The translations under genes and the position numbers were made by a program. This document shows positions 1-8,768 of a stretch of DNA of 38,105 nt, piece after piece (position 1 is the stretch's first letter; each line of letters starts with the position of its first letter). The stretch is from Candidatus Eiseniibacteriota bacterium (GTDB lineage Bacteria; Eisenbacteria; RBG-16-71-46; SZUA-252). Location of the stretch: contig JAYUAE010000213.1 in the NCBI GenBank assembly GCA_043741515.1, positions 1-38,105 of the forward strand, written 5' to 3'. Under the pieces are notes generated by a model that searched no databases, was not told the DNA's origin, and was given only the letters and a program-made list of their open reading frames with translations.

Positions 1-201
1 GGGTTCCACCGGGCGGGCGCCTTTCTGGGCGAGATTTCGGATCTGAGCCGGTTGGTCAACGTTTCGCAGCTCAAGCTCAAGGGATTTGACAAGGGCGACC
101 TCGACGAAACCGTGCAGGCGGATTTCGTCGCGACCGCGTACACGCTGGCCGAGGGGACTCCCAATGAATCTGCCAAGCAGTCTGGCGCTGTCACAAAGTA
201 A
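1..201 (+). CDS. pilO: Type IV pilus assembly protein PilO, C-terminal fragment (5' truncated by window)
   Basis: Frame 1 reads GFHRAGAFLGEISDLSRLVNVSQLKL...FVATAYTL...TK*, matching the PilO G(Y/F)HxxGxFxxxIxxLxRxVNV pattern; lies upstream of pilP/pilQ. Confidence 0.8.
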   Translation, partial: GFHRAGAFLGEISDLSRLVNVSQLKLKGFDKGDLDETVQADFVATAYTLAEGTPNESAKQSGAVTK

Positions 202-1012
202 GTTCTTCCAGAGCCGTCTCGGGATTCTTCTCATCGCTCTGGTCGGGCTCGCGATCGCGGGCGGCATCATGCTGCTTCGGCGTCAGGAGCCTCCGGCCCC
301 CGTGCTGCCGACGCCGGCGAGCTCACCCGCGGCGCAGGCGCTGCCGAGCACGAGAGTCGTGACCTTCGGCCCCCCCGCGCCGAACTGGGCCCGGACCGAC
401 ATCCAGTACGGACCCGCGGCGCCCGCGGAGTTCATGACGAGCGCCACCGCTCCCGCTCCTGGAACCGCGGCCACGTCCCCGGCGCCCGTCACCCTGGCGC
501 CCGGCGAGATGCCGGCCCCGCCGGCGATCGCGCAGGCGCCCGCACCGTCGGCGATCGCGCAGACGCCGGCCTCGGCCGCCGCCGTTCCGGCGCAGACGCC
601 CGGCCCCGCGGCCGCGATCGGCGCCCTCACCGGCGAGACTCCCAAGTCGGTGGACGCCAGCGTGCTCTTCGCGCGCGAGCACTACGAGTACATCGGAGGC
701 GGCAGGCGCGATCCATTCCAGTCTCTGCTCGACGGCAAGTTCCAGACCCACTCGGCGGATGGCGCCCTGGTTGACGTGGGGGACATCCACCTCGTGGGCA
801 TCATGTGGGGATCGTCCGACAAGTTCGCGCTGGTGGAAGACAGCCGCGGACACGGGTTCGTGCTTCGCGTCGGAGATCCGGTTTTGAATGGGTACATCTC
901 GGGGATCAGCAAGAGCGAGCTCTCGGTCGTACAGAACGCTTTCGGCGAATCCCAAACGCTGTCGATCCGCCTGCAAACCAAAGAGGGTGACAAGAATGCG
1001 ACTCGAAACTAG
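164..1012 (+). CDS. pilP: PilP-like pilus alignment protein with N-terminal TM helix and long Pro/Ala linker
   Basis: ATG at 164 after GAGGGG; C-terminal RRDPF, LVGIMWG and ALVEDSRGHGFVLRVGD typical of PilP; position between pilO and pilQ. Confidence 0.7.
   Translation: MNLPSSLALSQSKFFQSRLGILLIALVGLAIAGGIMLLRRQEPPAPVLPTPASSPAAQALPSTRVVTFGPPAPNWARTDIQYGPAAPAEFMTSATAPAPGTAATSPAPVTLAPGEMPAPPAIAQAPAPSAIAQTPASAAAVPAQTPGPAAAIGALTGETPKSVDASVLFAREHYEYIGGGRRDPFQSLLDGKFQTHSADGALVDVGDIHLVGIMWGSSDKFALVEDSRGHGFVLRVGDPVLNGYISGISKSELSVVQNAFGESQTLSIRLQTKEGDKNATRN
522..604 (+). repeat. Imperfect in-frame tandem repeat (AIAQAP/AIAQTP/PAQTP) in the PilP linker
   Basis: cggcgatcgcgcag at 522-535 and 549-562 (27-nt period); partial third copy gcgcagacgcc near 590-600. 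Confidence 0.6.
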
Positions 1013-2648
1013 CTTCACGCGCATGGGCCGCTCGGGCGGCCGCGTCGCGGCGCTGACGGCGGCGCTCCTTCTGGCCGCGTCATCGGCGTTCGCGGCAACC
1101 GTCAAGAGCGTCTCGATGAAAGAAGCGGGTTCCGCGACGCAGGTTGTCATCGAAGGGGACGCGCCGCTCAACTATCACGACTTTACCCTCGAGTCCCCGG
1201 ACCGAATCGTAGTGGATTGCCCGGGAACGCAGCTCTCGTTCAGCGAGCGCAGCTGGTCCGGCCGTGAAGGCTCGGCCATCAAAGCGGTGCGCGCGACCGA
1301 GACGGGTTGGGGCAAGGAAGCCGGAACCCGGATCGTCGTGGACCTCACGCAACCCTCCTCCTATGCGCTGAGCAGCGTCGGGAACAACCTCGTGCTGGCG
1401 GTCGACACGCCGGCGGCGCCCGCGGCCAAGGACCAGGGCAACTCCGATTACGACCGGATGCAGCCGAGCGACGGTCGCCGGATGTCGCTCGATGTCCAGG
1501 GAGCCGACATCCAGACGGTGCTCCGGAGCCTGGCCGAATTCAGCGGCAAGAACATCGTGGCGAGCAAGGAGGTCAAGGGGCAGGTGACCTTGAGGCTTCG
1601 CAACGTCCCGTGGCGGCACGCGCTCGACATCGTGCTCAAGTCCCAGGGTCTGGGCATGGTCGAGACCGGGCAGACGATCGTCATCTCGAACCTGGACACG
1701 CTCCGCAAGGAAGAGCTGGAGCGCCGCTCCGCCGAGCGCAGCCAGGAGGAGCTGCTTCCGCTCGAGACGCGCATCCTCCCGATCAACTACGCGAACTCGA
1801 AGGAAATGGCCAAGTCGGTGGAGAAGACGCTGACCAAGCGCGGCCACATCGAGGTGGATGAGCGGTCCAACTCGCTCATCGTGACCGACATCCAGGACAG
1901 GCTGGACCAGGTGGACGCCATGGTGCGGAACCTCGACACCCGGACGCCGCAGGTGGAGATCGTGGCGCGTCTCGTGGACGTGGACGTGTCCTCGACGCGG
2001 GACCTGGGCATCGCCTGGGGCCTTCACAATCTCGACGTGTTCGACGCCGGCGTCTCGGAGAATGTCGACGTGGCGGCTCCCGGCCCGGCCAATTCGGCCG
2101 GAACGGTCAAGTTCGGGACCATCAAGTCCTTCGGAAGCATCGACGTGACGCTGCAGGCGCTCGAGAGCCAGAACAAGGCGAACATCATCTCGAATCCGCG
2201 CATCACGACGGTGAACAATCGCGAGGCTTCGGTCGTGGTCGGACAGCAGATCCCGCTCATCGTTCAGGACTTCGCCGGGAACGCCGTCACGCAGCTGACC
2301 ACGATCGGTATCAAGCTGAGCGTGACGCCGCACATCAACACCGGAAACCGGATCACCATGGACGTCCATCCCGAGGTCTCGGATCTTGCCGCCCAGGCGA
2401 CGGTGCAGGGAGGCATCATCATCAACACGACCATGGCCGACACGCGCGTGATGGTGAACGACGGCGAGACGGCGGTCATCGGCGGTCTGATCCGGAGCAA
2501 CGAGAGCACGACCCGGCGCGGCGTCCCGATCCTCATGGACATACCGCTCCTCGGAAATCTCTTCCGCTCCAATTCGACGACCAAGCAGAAGCGCGAGCTT
2601 CTGATCTTCGTGACGCCGAAGATCCTCGGCGAGACGGCGTCCCGGTAG
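996..2648 (+). CDS. pilQ: Type IV pilus secretin PilQ (signal peptide, AMIN-like domain, N domains, secretin domain)
   Basis: ATG at 996 after GAGGG; SLDVQGADIQTVLR, NVPWRHALD, DERSNSLIVTD, PQVEIVARLV, GVPILMDIPLLGNLFR, RELLIFVTPKI. Confidence 0.92.
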   Translation: MRLETSFTRMGRSGGRVAALTAALLLAASSAFAATVKSVSMKEAGSATQVVIEGDAPLNYHDFTLESPDRIVVDCPGTQLSFSERSWSGREGSAIKAVRATETGWGKEAGTRIVVDLTQPSSYALSSVGNNLVLAVDTPAAPAAKDQGNSDYDRMQPSDGRRMSLDVQGADIQTVLRSLAEFSGKNIVASKEVKGQVTLRLRNVPWRHALDIVLKSQGLGMVETGQTIVISNLDTLRKEELERRSAERSQEELLPLETRILPINYANSKEMAKSVEKTLTKRGHIEVDERSNSLIVTDIQDRLDQVDAMVRNLDTRTPQVEIVARLVDVDVSSTRDLGIAWGLHNLDVFDAGVSENVDVAAPGPANSAGTVKFGTIKSFGSIDVTLQALESQNKANIISNPRITTVNNREASVVVGQQIPLIVQDFAGNAVTQLTTIGIKLSVTPHINTGNRITMDVHPEVSDLAAQATVQGGIIINTTMADTRVMVNDGETAVIGGLIRSNESTTRRGVPILMDIPLLGNLFRSNSTTKQKRELLIFVTPKILGETASR

Positions 2649-2691
2649 CGCGGCCGCGCGCTTTCGCGCGCGACGAACAAAGGTTATACTG

Positions 2692-2720
2692 CGGGGTCCT
2701 TCGCGAAAGGACCCCGTTTT
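2692..2720 (+). terminator. Intrinsic terminator-like hairpin after pilQ
   Basis: cggggtcct-tcgcgaa-aggaccccg (9-bp stem) followed by TTTT. Confidence 0.65.
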
Positions 2721-2744
2721 CATTGGCCGTCGAGGAGAAGCCCC

Positions 2745-3290
2745 CTGGTCAAGCACTACGCCCTGATCGGACTCCCGGGCGCCGGAAAGAGCACCCTGGC
2801 GCCGCTCCTGGCGCGCAGGCTCGGATGCCCGAGCGTGGATCTGGACCGCGAGGTCGAGCGGCTCGCGGGCCGGAGCGTACGGGCGATCTTCGAGGACGAA
2901 GGGGAAGCGCGGTTCCGGGATCTGGAATCGCTCGCGCTGGCGCAGGTCCTGAGCGGCGTCGCGCCGGTCGTGGTGGCGTGCGGCGGAGGCGTCCTCGGAC
3001 GCGCGGCGAACCGCGAGCTCCTGGGATCCCGCGCGCGCGTCGTGTGGCTCCGGGTGGATCCGGCGAGCGCGGCGGCGCGTCTCGGCGAGTCGGGCGCAAG
3101 CGAGCGTCCGCTCCTGGGGGGGGCCCTGGAGGAGCGGCTCCGGTCCTTGCTCGAGCGCCGCGGGCCGGGTTACGCCGAGGCGGCGAACACCTCCGTGGAG
3201 ACGGCCGGGGATCCGCCCGAGGAAATCGCGGGACGGATCGCGGAGTTGCTCTCTCGTTCCGGGGACCGATGGGATCCGTCCGCATCGTAG
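2745..3290 (+). CDS. aroK: Shikimate kinase (probable CTG start)
   Basis: Walker A LIGLPGAGKST lies upstream of the first standard start (2835); DLD, GEARFR, CGGG, RP motifs; GAGGAG 7 nt before CTG at 2745; pilQ-aroK adjacency is a known arrangement. Confidence 0.88.
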   Translation: MVKHYALIGLPGAGKSTLAPLLARRLGCPSVDLDREVERLAGRSVRAIFEDEGEARFRDLESLALAQVLSGVAPVVVACGGGVLGRAANRELLGSRARVVWLRVDPASAAARLGESGASERPLLGGALEERLRSLLERRGPGYAEAANTSVETAGDPPEEIAGRIAELLSRSGDRWDPSAS

Positions 3291-3859
3291 GCGGGGCCCT
3301 TCGCGGGCGAAGGATCGAGGTGCCCGCGCGGGGAGTCCGCCCGACGTCGGATCGCGCCCGCGAGGCCGTGTTCGACATCCTGGGCCCGGGTCCGGTCGCG
3401 GACGCGCGGGTGCTCGATCTGTACGCGGGCACCGGCGCGCTCGGGATCGAGGCGCTGAGCCGCGGTGCCCGCGAGGCGCAATTCGTCGAGGGGAGCCGGA
3501 TGGTGGCGCGCGCGCTGCGCGAGAACTTGGCCCGGCTGGGTCTCGCGGAGCGCGGCACGGTGCACGAGGCGGACCTCTCCCTCGCCGATCTGCCCGCGGG
3601 CGTGGACGGACCGTTCGACCTGGTGTTCCTGGATCCGCCCTACGCGGGGGATGCGGGGGCGCGCTGGCTCGAGCGCCTGGGACGCATGGCCTGGTCGGCG
3701 ACCAGGCCAGGGCTCGTGATCCACGAGCGCCGGAAGGGGGCTCTTGCGATGGCCATGCCCGGATTCGAGATCGCAACCGAACGCACGTACTCCGAGACCA
3801 CGGTCACGTTCTACCGCGCTTCGAAGGATGCGAAGCGGGAGAGAAAAGGGGACGCATGA
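3269..3859 (+). CDS. rsmD: 16S rRNA m2G966 methyltransferase
   Basis: RIVGG..RGR, RPTSDRAREAVF, DLYAGTGALGIEALSRGA, FLDPPY; upstream of coaD. Confidence 0.92.
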   Translation: MGSVRIVGGALRGRRIEVPARGVRPTSDRAREAVFDILGPGPVADARVLDLYAGTGALGIEALSRGAREAQFVEGSRMVARALRENLARLGLAERGTVHEADLSLADLPAGVDGPFDLVFLDPPYAGDAGARWLERLGRMAWSATRPGLVIHERRKGALAMAMPGFEIATERTYSETTVTFYRASKDAKRERKGDA

Positions 3860-4341
3860 AACACGCGGTTTTTGCCGGTACGTTCGATCCGGTGACGAAT
3901 GGACATCTGGATCTGATGCAGCGGGCGCTCCGCATGTTCGACCACCTCACGGTTGCGGTGGCGGAGCGCATGGAGAAGGGCGTCGTCTTCAGCCAGGAGG
4001 AGCGGGTCGCGATGATCCGCGAGGCGGTCGTGAAGCTCGACCGGATCTCGGTGGAGCCCTTCGCGGGGCTTCTCGTCGATTTCGCGAAGACACGGAAGAT
4101 CCCGGTCCTCGTCCGTGGACTGCGCTTCATCTCCGACTTCGAGTACGAATTCCAGATGGCGCTCATGAACCGCCGGCTCGCCGGCGAGATCGAGACCGTG
4201 TTCCTCATGCCCAGCGAGACCTACACGTACGTGAACGCCTCCCTCGTGAAGGAGATCGCGCGCTACGGCGGGGCCATCGAGGGGCTCGTGCCTCCGAATG
4301 TCGAACCGCTCCTGCGCAAGCGCCTCGGGGTCCGGAAATGA
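3856..4341 (+). CDS. coaD: Phosphopantetheine adenylyltransferase
   Basis: GTFDPVTNGHLD, RGLR..SDFEYEFQMALMNR, SLVKEIA. Confidence 0.96.
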   Translation: MKHAVFAGTFDPVTNGHLDLMQRALRMFDHLTVAVAERMEKGVVFSQEERVAMIREAVVKLDRISVEPFAGLLVDFAKTRKIPVLVRGLRFISDFEYEFQMALMNRRLAGEIETVFLMPSETYTYVNASLVKEIARYGGAIEGLVPPNVEPLLRKRLGVRK

Positions 4342-5528
4342 AGGCCTCCCGGGTTTCGACGCGCGTTCAGGCTCTCAAGCCCTCCGAGACCCTGGCCCTC
4401 GGAGCGCGGGCGCGCGAGCTTCGGGCGCAGGGGCATTCGGTCATCTCCTTCGCGGCGGGGGAGCCGGACTTCGACACGCCGGAGGATGTCCGCGAGGCGG
4501 GCGTGGATGCGATCCGTGCCGGCCACACGCGCTACACGGCGGTGGGCGGCGTGCAGGAGCTGCGCGCCGCGATCGCCGAGAAGCTGAGGCGGGAAAACGG
4601 GCTCACCTACACGCCAGGGGAGATCGTGGTCTCCAACGGCGCGAAGCATTCGATCTGGAACGCATTTCTCACCCTCATCGAGCCTGGGGACGAGGTGCTC
4701 ATCCCCGTGCCCTACTGGGTCACGTTTCCCGAGCTGGTCCGGCTCGTCGGCGGGGATCCCGTCTTCGTGCGCCCGAAACCCGGGAGCATGAAGATCGGAG
4801 CGGAGGAGCTCGCGGGCGCCATCACGAAGCGCTCGAAGCTCCTCGTGCTGAACAGCCCCAACAATCCCTCCGGCGCCATGTACTCGCGCGAGGAGCTGGC
4901 CGCGATCGGAGAGGTGGTGCTCCGCCACGGGCTCTTCGTCCTCTCGGACGAGATCTACGAGCAGCTCGTCTTCGGCGGCGCCCGCCACGTGAGCATCGCG
5001 TCCCTTGGCCCGGAGCTTCGGGACCGGACGATCGTGGTCGGCGGCGTGTCGAAGACCTGGGCCATGACCGGCTGGCGGATCGGATTCGCGGCTTCCCCGG
5101 CGGACCTGGCCGAGGGGATGGAGCGGCTCCAGGGCCAATCCACCTCCAACCCCGCGGCCGTGTCGCAGCAGGCGGCGCTGCGGGCGTTCACGGGTCCGAG
5201 GGACTCCGTGGACGCGATGCGCGACCGCTTCGCGCGCCGCCGCGAATTCATCGTGCAGAGGCTGAGCGGCATGCGCGGGGTCAAGCTCGTGCCGCCCGAT
5301 GGAGCGTTCTATGCGTTTCCGGACATGAGCGAGCGGATCCGCGAGGCGCGAAACGGAGTGAGCGACTCCGCCGGCCTCAGCAATTTCCTGATCGACGAGG
5401 CCCGGATCGTTTGCGTTCCGGGATCCGCCTTCGGAATGGAAGGGCACCTTCGTCTTTCGTACGCCGTCAGCGACGAGGACATCGAAGAAGGCCTGAACCG
5501 GCTCGAGGCCGCGCTGGATCGAACGTAG
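4338..5528 (+). CDS. aspC: PLP-dependent aspartate aminotransferase family (class I)
   Basis: ATGA overlap with coaD; GEPDFDTP, GAKH, NSPNNPSG, SDEIYE, SKTWAMTGWRIG. Confidence 0.88.
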   Translation: MKASRVSTRVQALKPSETLALGARARELRAQGHSVISFAAGEPDFDTPEDVREAGVDAIRAGHTRYTAVGGVQELRAAIAEKLRRENGLTYTPGEIVVSNGAKHSIWNAFLTLIEPGDEVLIPVPYWVTFPELVRLVGGDPVFVRPKPGSMKIGAEELAGAITKRSKLLVLNSPNNPSGAMYSREELAAIGEVVLRHGLFVLSDEIYEQLVFGGARHVSIASLGPELRDRTIVVGGVSKTWAMTGWRIGFAASPADLAEGMERLQGQSTSNPAAVSQQAALRAFTGPRDSVDAMRDRFARRREFIVQRLSGMRGVKLVPPDGAFYAFPDMSERIREARNGVSDSAGLSNFLIDEARIVCVPGSAFGMEGHLRLSYAVSDEDIEEGLNRLEAALDRT

Positions 5529-5542
5529 GAGGAGGTCTCACC

Positions 5543-5827
5543 TTGCCGACGTACGAGTACGAATGCGACAAGTGCGGTCACCGGTTCGACGTCTTCCAGT
5601 CGATGACGGAGCCGCCGCGGAAACGGTGCCCGAAGTGCCGCGGCAAGGTCCGCCGGCTGGTCAGCGGAGGCGCCGGAATCGTCTTCAAGGGGACCGGCTT
5701 CTACGCCACCGATTACCGGTCCAATTCCTATAAGGAACAAAAGCGCAAGGAGTCCGGGGAGTCTGCTAAGCCAAAGAGTGAATCGAAGGATACGGGCAAG
5801 AAGAAGGAGAGCGACACGGGCTCCTAA
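5543..5827 (+). CDS. FmdB-family zinc ribbon protein
   Basis: TTG after AGGAGGAGG; MPTYEYECDKCGH...CPKC...FKGTGFYATDY. Confidence 0.9.
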   Translation: MPTYEYECDKCGHRFDVFQSMTEPPRKRCPKCRGKVRRLVSGGAGIVFKGTGFYATDYRSNSYKEQKRKESGESAKPKSESKDTGKKKESDTGS

Positions 5828-5837
5828 CGCTTTTTCT

Positions 5838-5867
5838 TTGACTCACTTCCTCCGCTTTTGTTAGCTT
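5838..5867 (+). promoter_or_regulatory. Putative sigma70 promoter upstream of icd-like gene
   Basis: TTGACT-18 nt-TAGCTT with extended TG, in an AT-richer intergenic stretch. Confidence 0.5.
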
Positions 5868-5997
5868 GCCGATGCGCGTCCGGCTCTTCCCGTCAAGCTC
5901 CAGGCTCCGGTCCACACCCTCCTCGATAGGAAGCGTGCATTTCACGTGAAGTCATTGAATTACAAGGAAAAGCTAAGCTGAAATCGAAAGGGGAGCG

Positions 5998-7077
5998 ATG
6001 TCGCATCAGGTGACGCTGATTCCGGGCGATGGGACCGGGCCCGAGATCACGAAAGCCACCCGCCGCGTGCTCGAAGCGACGGGCGTCTCCTTTGGATGGG
6101 ACGTGCAGGAAGCGGGCATCGGCGTGTTCCAGAAGGAAGGAACTCCGCTTCCCACGCGCGTCCTCGATTCGCTGCGCCGCACCAAGGTCGGTCTCAAGGG
6201 CCCCATCACGACCCCGGTCGGCACGGGATTCCGGAGCGTGAACGTCGCGCTCCGGAAGGAGCTGGATCTCTACGCGTGCGTCCGTCCCTGCAAGACCTAC
6301 CCCGGCGTTCGCGCGCGCTACGACAACATCGACCTCGTCATCGTTCGGGAAAACACCGAGGACCTCTACGCGGGCATCGAATTCGAGCGGGGCAGCTCGG
6401 GAGCCGCGGCCCTGCGCTCGCTGGTTCATACCGAAGCGAAGCGGGAGATTCCGGAGGACGCCGGGATCTCGATCAAGCCCATCAGCGTCTCCGCAACCGC
6501 GCGCATCGTGCGCTACGCATTCGGTTACGCGAAGAAGAACCGGCGCCGGAAGGTCACGGCCGTGCACAAGGCCAACATCATGAAATTCTCCGACGGGCTG
6601 TTCCTCGAGGTGGCGCGGAAGACCGCCAAGGAAACGTCCGAGATCGAATTCGAGGACCGCATCGTCGACAACATGTGCATGCAGCTGGTCCAGACACCGG
6701 AGAACTACGACGTGCTGGTGCTCCCCAATCTCTACGGGGACATCCTCTCGGATCTGGCCGCGGGACTCATCGGAGGGCTGGGGGTCGCGCCCGGAGCGAA
6801 CATCGGCGACGAGGCCGCGCTCTTCGAGCCGACGCACGGAAGCGCTCCGCGGTACGCCGGCAAGGACAAGGTGAACCCGTTTGGAATGATCCTGAGCGGA
6901 ATGCTCATGCTCCGGCACCTGGGTGAGCTCGAGGCGGCGGACCGCCTGGAGCGGGCGGTGGCGCGGGTGATCCGCGAGGGCAAGGCGGTGACCTACGACA
7001 TGAAGCCGGCGCGCGACGACCCGAGCGCCGTTGGGACCCAGGCCACCGCCGACGCGGTGATCGCAGCGCTGGCGTAG
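5998..7077 (+). CDS. Isocitrate/isopropylmalate dehydrogenase family protein (likely isocitrate dehydrogenase)
   Basis: [59 protein letters not shown]. Confidence 0.88.
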   Translation: MSHQVTLIPGDGTGPEITKATRRVLEATGVSFGWDVQEAGIGVFQKEGTPLPTRVLDSLRRTKVGLKGPITTPVGTGFRSVNVALRKELDLYACVRPCKTYPGVRARYDNIDLVIVRENTEDLYAGIEFERGSSGAAALRSLVHTEAKREIPEDAGISIKPISVSATARIVRYAFGYAKKNRRRKVTAVHKANIMKFSDGLFLEVARKTAKETSEIEFEDRIVDNMCMQLVQTPENYDVLVLPNLYGDILSDLAAGLIGGLGVAPGANIGDEAALFEPTHGSAPRYAGKDKVNPFGMILSGMLMLRHLGELEAADRLERAVARVIREGKAVTYDMKPARDDPSAVGTQATADAVIAALA

Positions 7078-7091
7078 GGGCGGAAGGAACC

Positions 7092-8150
7092 ATGCTCGCC
7101 GATCGGGCGACGATCGACGTCCTGGCCGGAGACGGCGGCTCGGGCGTGGTGAGCTTCCGGCGCGAGAAATACGTGCCGAAGGGCGGACCCGACGGAGGAG
7201 ACGGCGGCGCGGGGGGGAGTGTGATCCTGGCGGTGAACGAGCATCTGCGGACGCTGCTCGACTTCCAGTTCCGCGCGCGGTTCGAAGCGCCATCGGGCGC
7301 GCACGGCTCGGGGAACCGGAAGAGCGGCCGCTCGGGGGAGGATCTCGTCATTGCGGTGCCTCCGGGGACGCTCGTCATGGACGTGGCCACGGGATCGGTT
7401 CTCGCCGACCTCGTGGATCCCGACGCGAAGTTCGTGGCGGCGCGCGGCGGCCGGGGCGGCCGCGGAAACGCGCACTTCGCCACACCGACGCGTCAAGCGC
7501 CGCGGAAGTTCGAGCCGGGACGAGACGGCGAGGAGCGGAAGCTCATGCTGGAGCTCCGGCTCATCGCGGACGTGGGCATCGTGGGGTTTCCGAACGTCGG
7601 AAAATCCACGCTGCTCTCGCGCGTGAGCGCGGCGCGGCCGAAGATCGCGGATTATCCGTTCACGACGCTCGAGCCGCACCTGGGGCTCGTGCGCGTGCGT
7701 GATGAGCAGAGCTTCGTCATGGCGGACCTGCCCGGACTGATCGAGGGCGCGCATGAAGGCAAGGGGCTGGGGCACGACTTTCTGCGGCATATCCAGCGGA
7801 CGCGGACGATCCTCATGCTCATCGACAGCGCGTCGGAGGACCCGGCCGGGGACCGGGACAAGCTGAATCGGGAACTTCGGGAGCACAGCGAGGATTTAAC
7901 GAGAAAGCCAACCGTCATCGCAATGAGCCGCTCGGATCTTCTGGGAGATGAGGCGCGGGGCGGATCGCCGTTTCCGCTCGAGGGCGCGCACTGGGGAGGC
8001 TGGATCTCGGGAGTCACGGGGGCGGGCATGGAGCACCTCCTGAGCGTTATCTGGGACGTGTTGATCGGGGCCGGTGCGGAACAGCCGGCGAAGAGGCGGG
8101 TCGGCGGCGACCGGGGGGTCGCCGGAACGAAGGAGCGAGAACCATGGTAG
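7092..8150 (+). CDS. obg: GTPase Obg/CgtA
   Basis: FRREKYVPKGGPDGGDGG, GFPNVGKST, DYPFTTLEP, DLPGLIEGA; atypical G4 (SRSD). Confidence 0.95.
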   Translation: MLADRATIDVLAGDGGSGVVSFRREKYVPKGGPDGGDGGAGGSVILAVNEHLRTLLDFQFRARFEAPSGAHGSGNRKSGRSGEDLVIAVPPGTLVMDVATGSVLADLVDPDAKFVAARGGRGGRGNAHFATPTRQAPRKFEPGRDGEERKLMLELRLIADVGIVGFPNVGKSTLLSRVSAARPKIADYPFTTLEPHLGLVRVRDEQSFVMADLPGLIEGAHEGKGLGHDFLRHIQRTRTILMLIDSASEDPAGDRDKLNRELREHSEDLTRKPTVIAMSRSDLLGDEARGGSPFPLEGAHWGGWISGVTGAGMEHLLSVIWDVLIGAGAEQPAKRRVGGDRGVAGTKEREPW

Positions 8151-8749
8151 CCAAGGACGTCGCGCGGCTCTGGGAAGAGCTGAGGCACAGGGATCCGGAA
8201 GAGAAGCTCGGTTGGATCACGCAAATTGCGCAGAATCCCACCGAAGAATCCGTCGAAGTGCTCCTGGATGTCTTGCAACAAGAGAGCTGGTTCTTGCGGG
8301 ACCAGGCGGCCCGCCTGCTCGCCTCGATGGGCGAGCCGGTGCTGGAGCCACTGGTGAAGTACCTGGGCTCCGGTCTCTGGTACACGAGGGCCGCCGCCGT
8401 TTCGGCCCTCGGCAGGATGGGGAACCCGCGCGCGGCGGCGCCGCTCGTCGGAATGCTGAACGATCCCAACCGCACGGTGCGCGATGCGGTCTGGGAGGCG
8501 CTCGTGCTGCTGTGCCGCAATGAGCTTGCCACGCAGGAGCTGGCGGCCGCCTTCGACGGACTGCCGGAGAAAGCGCGAAGGTTTGCGCTCGACGGCCTGG
8601 TGGAGCGTGACCCCGAAGCGGCGGGGCAGGTGATGCGCGCCATGCAGGATCCGGCGTCGGTCGCTGCCGCGCCGGCCGCCGGGGAGGCGGACCTCGCCTG
8701 GAACGACGTCGTCGGCGGAGAGGGCGAAGCGAAATCGGCGGCTCGCTGA
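8144..8749 (+). CDS. HEAT/PBS-lyase-like repeat protein
   Basis: Repeated units WFLRDQAARLL, WYTRAAAVSALG, LNDPNRTVRDAVWEAL; SD AAGGAG. Confidence 0.8.
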   Translation: MVAKDVARLWEELRHRDPEEKLGWITQIAQNPTEESVEVLLDVLQQESWFLRDQAARLLASMGEPVLEPLVKYLGSGLWYTRAAAVSALGRMGNPRAAAPLVGMLNDPNRTVRDAVWEALVLLCRNELATQELAAAFDGLPEKARRFALDGLVERDPEAAGQVMRAMQDPASVAAAPAAGEADLAWNDVVGGEGEAKSAAR

Positions 8750-8768
8750 GCGCGCATCGCATCGCGGA

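Noticed and set aside
2723-5827. Apparent long N-terminal extensions on rsmD, aspC and FmdB in the ORF track (also glmS from 14885 and the ABC subunit from 34320)
   Set aside because: The extensions are out-of-frame readings of the upstream gene; better starts with SD or stop-start overlap exist downstream
5872-5949. 25-codon ORF (MRVRLFPSSS...) upstream of the icd-like gene
   Set aside because: No SD, ATG too close to the predicted -10, and no informative composition
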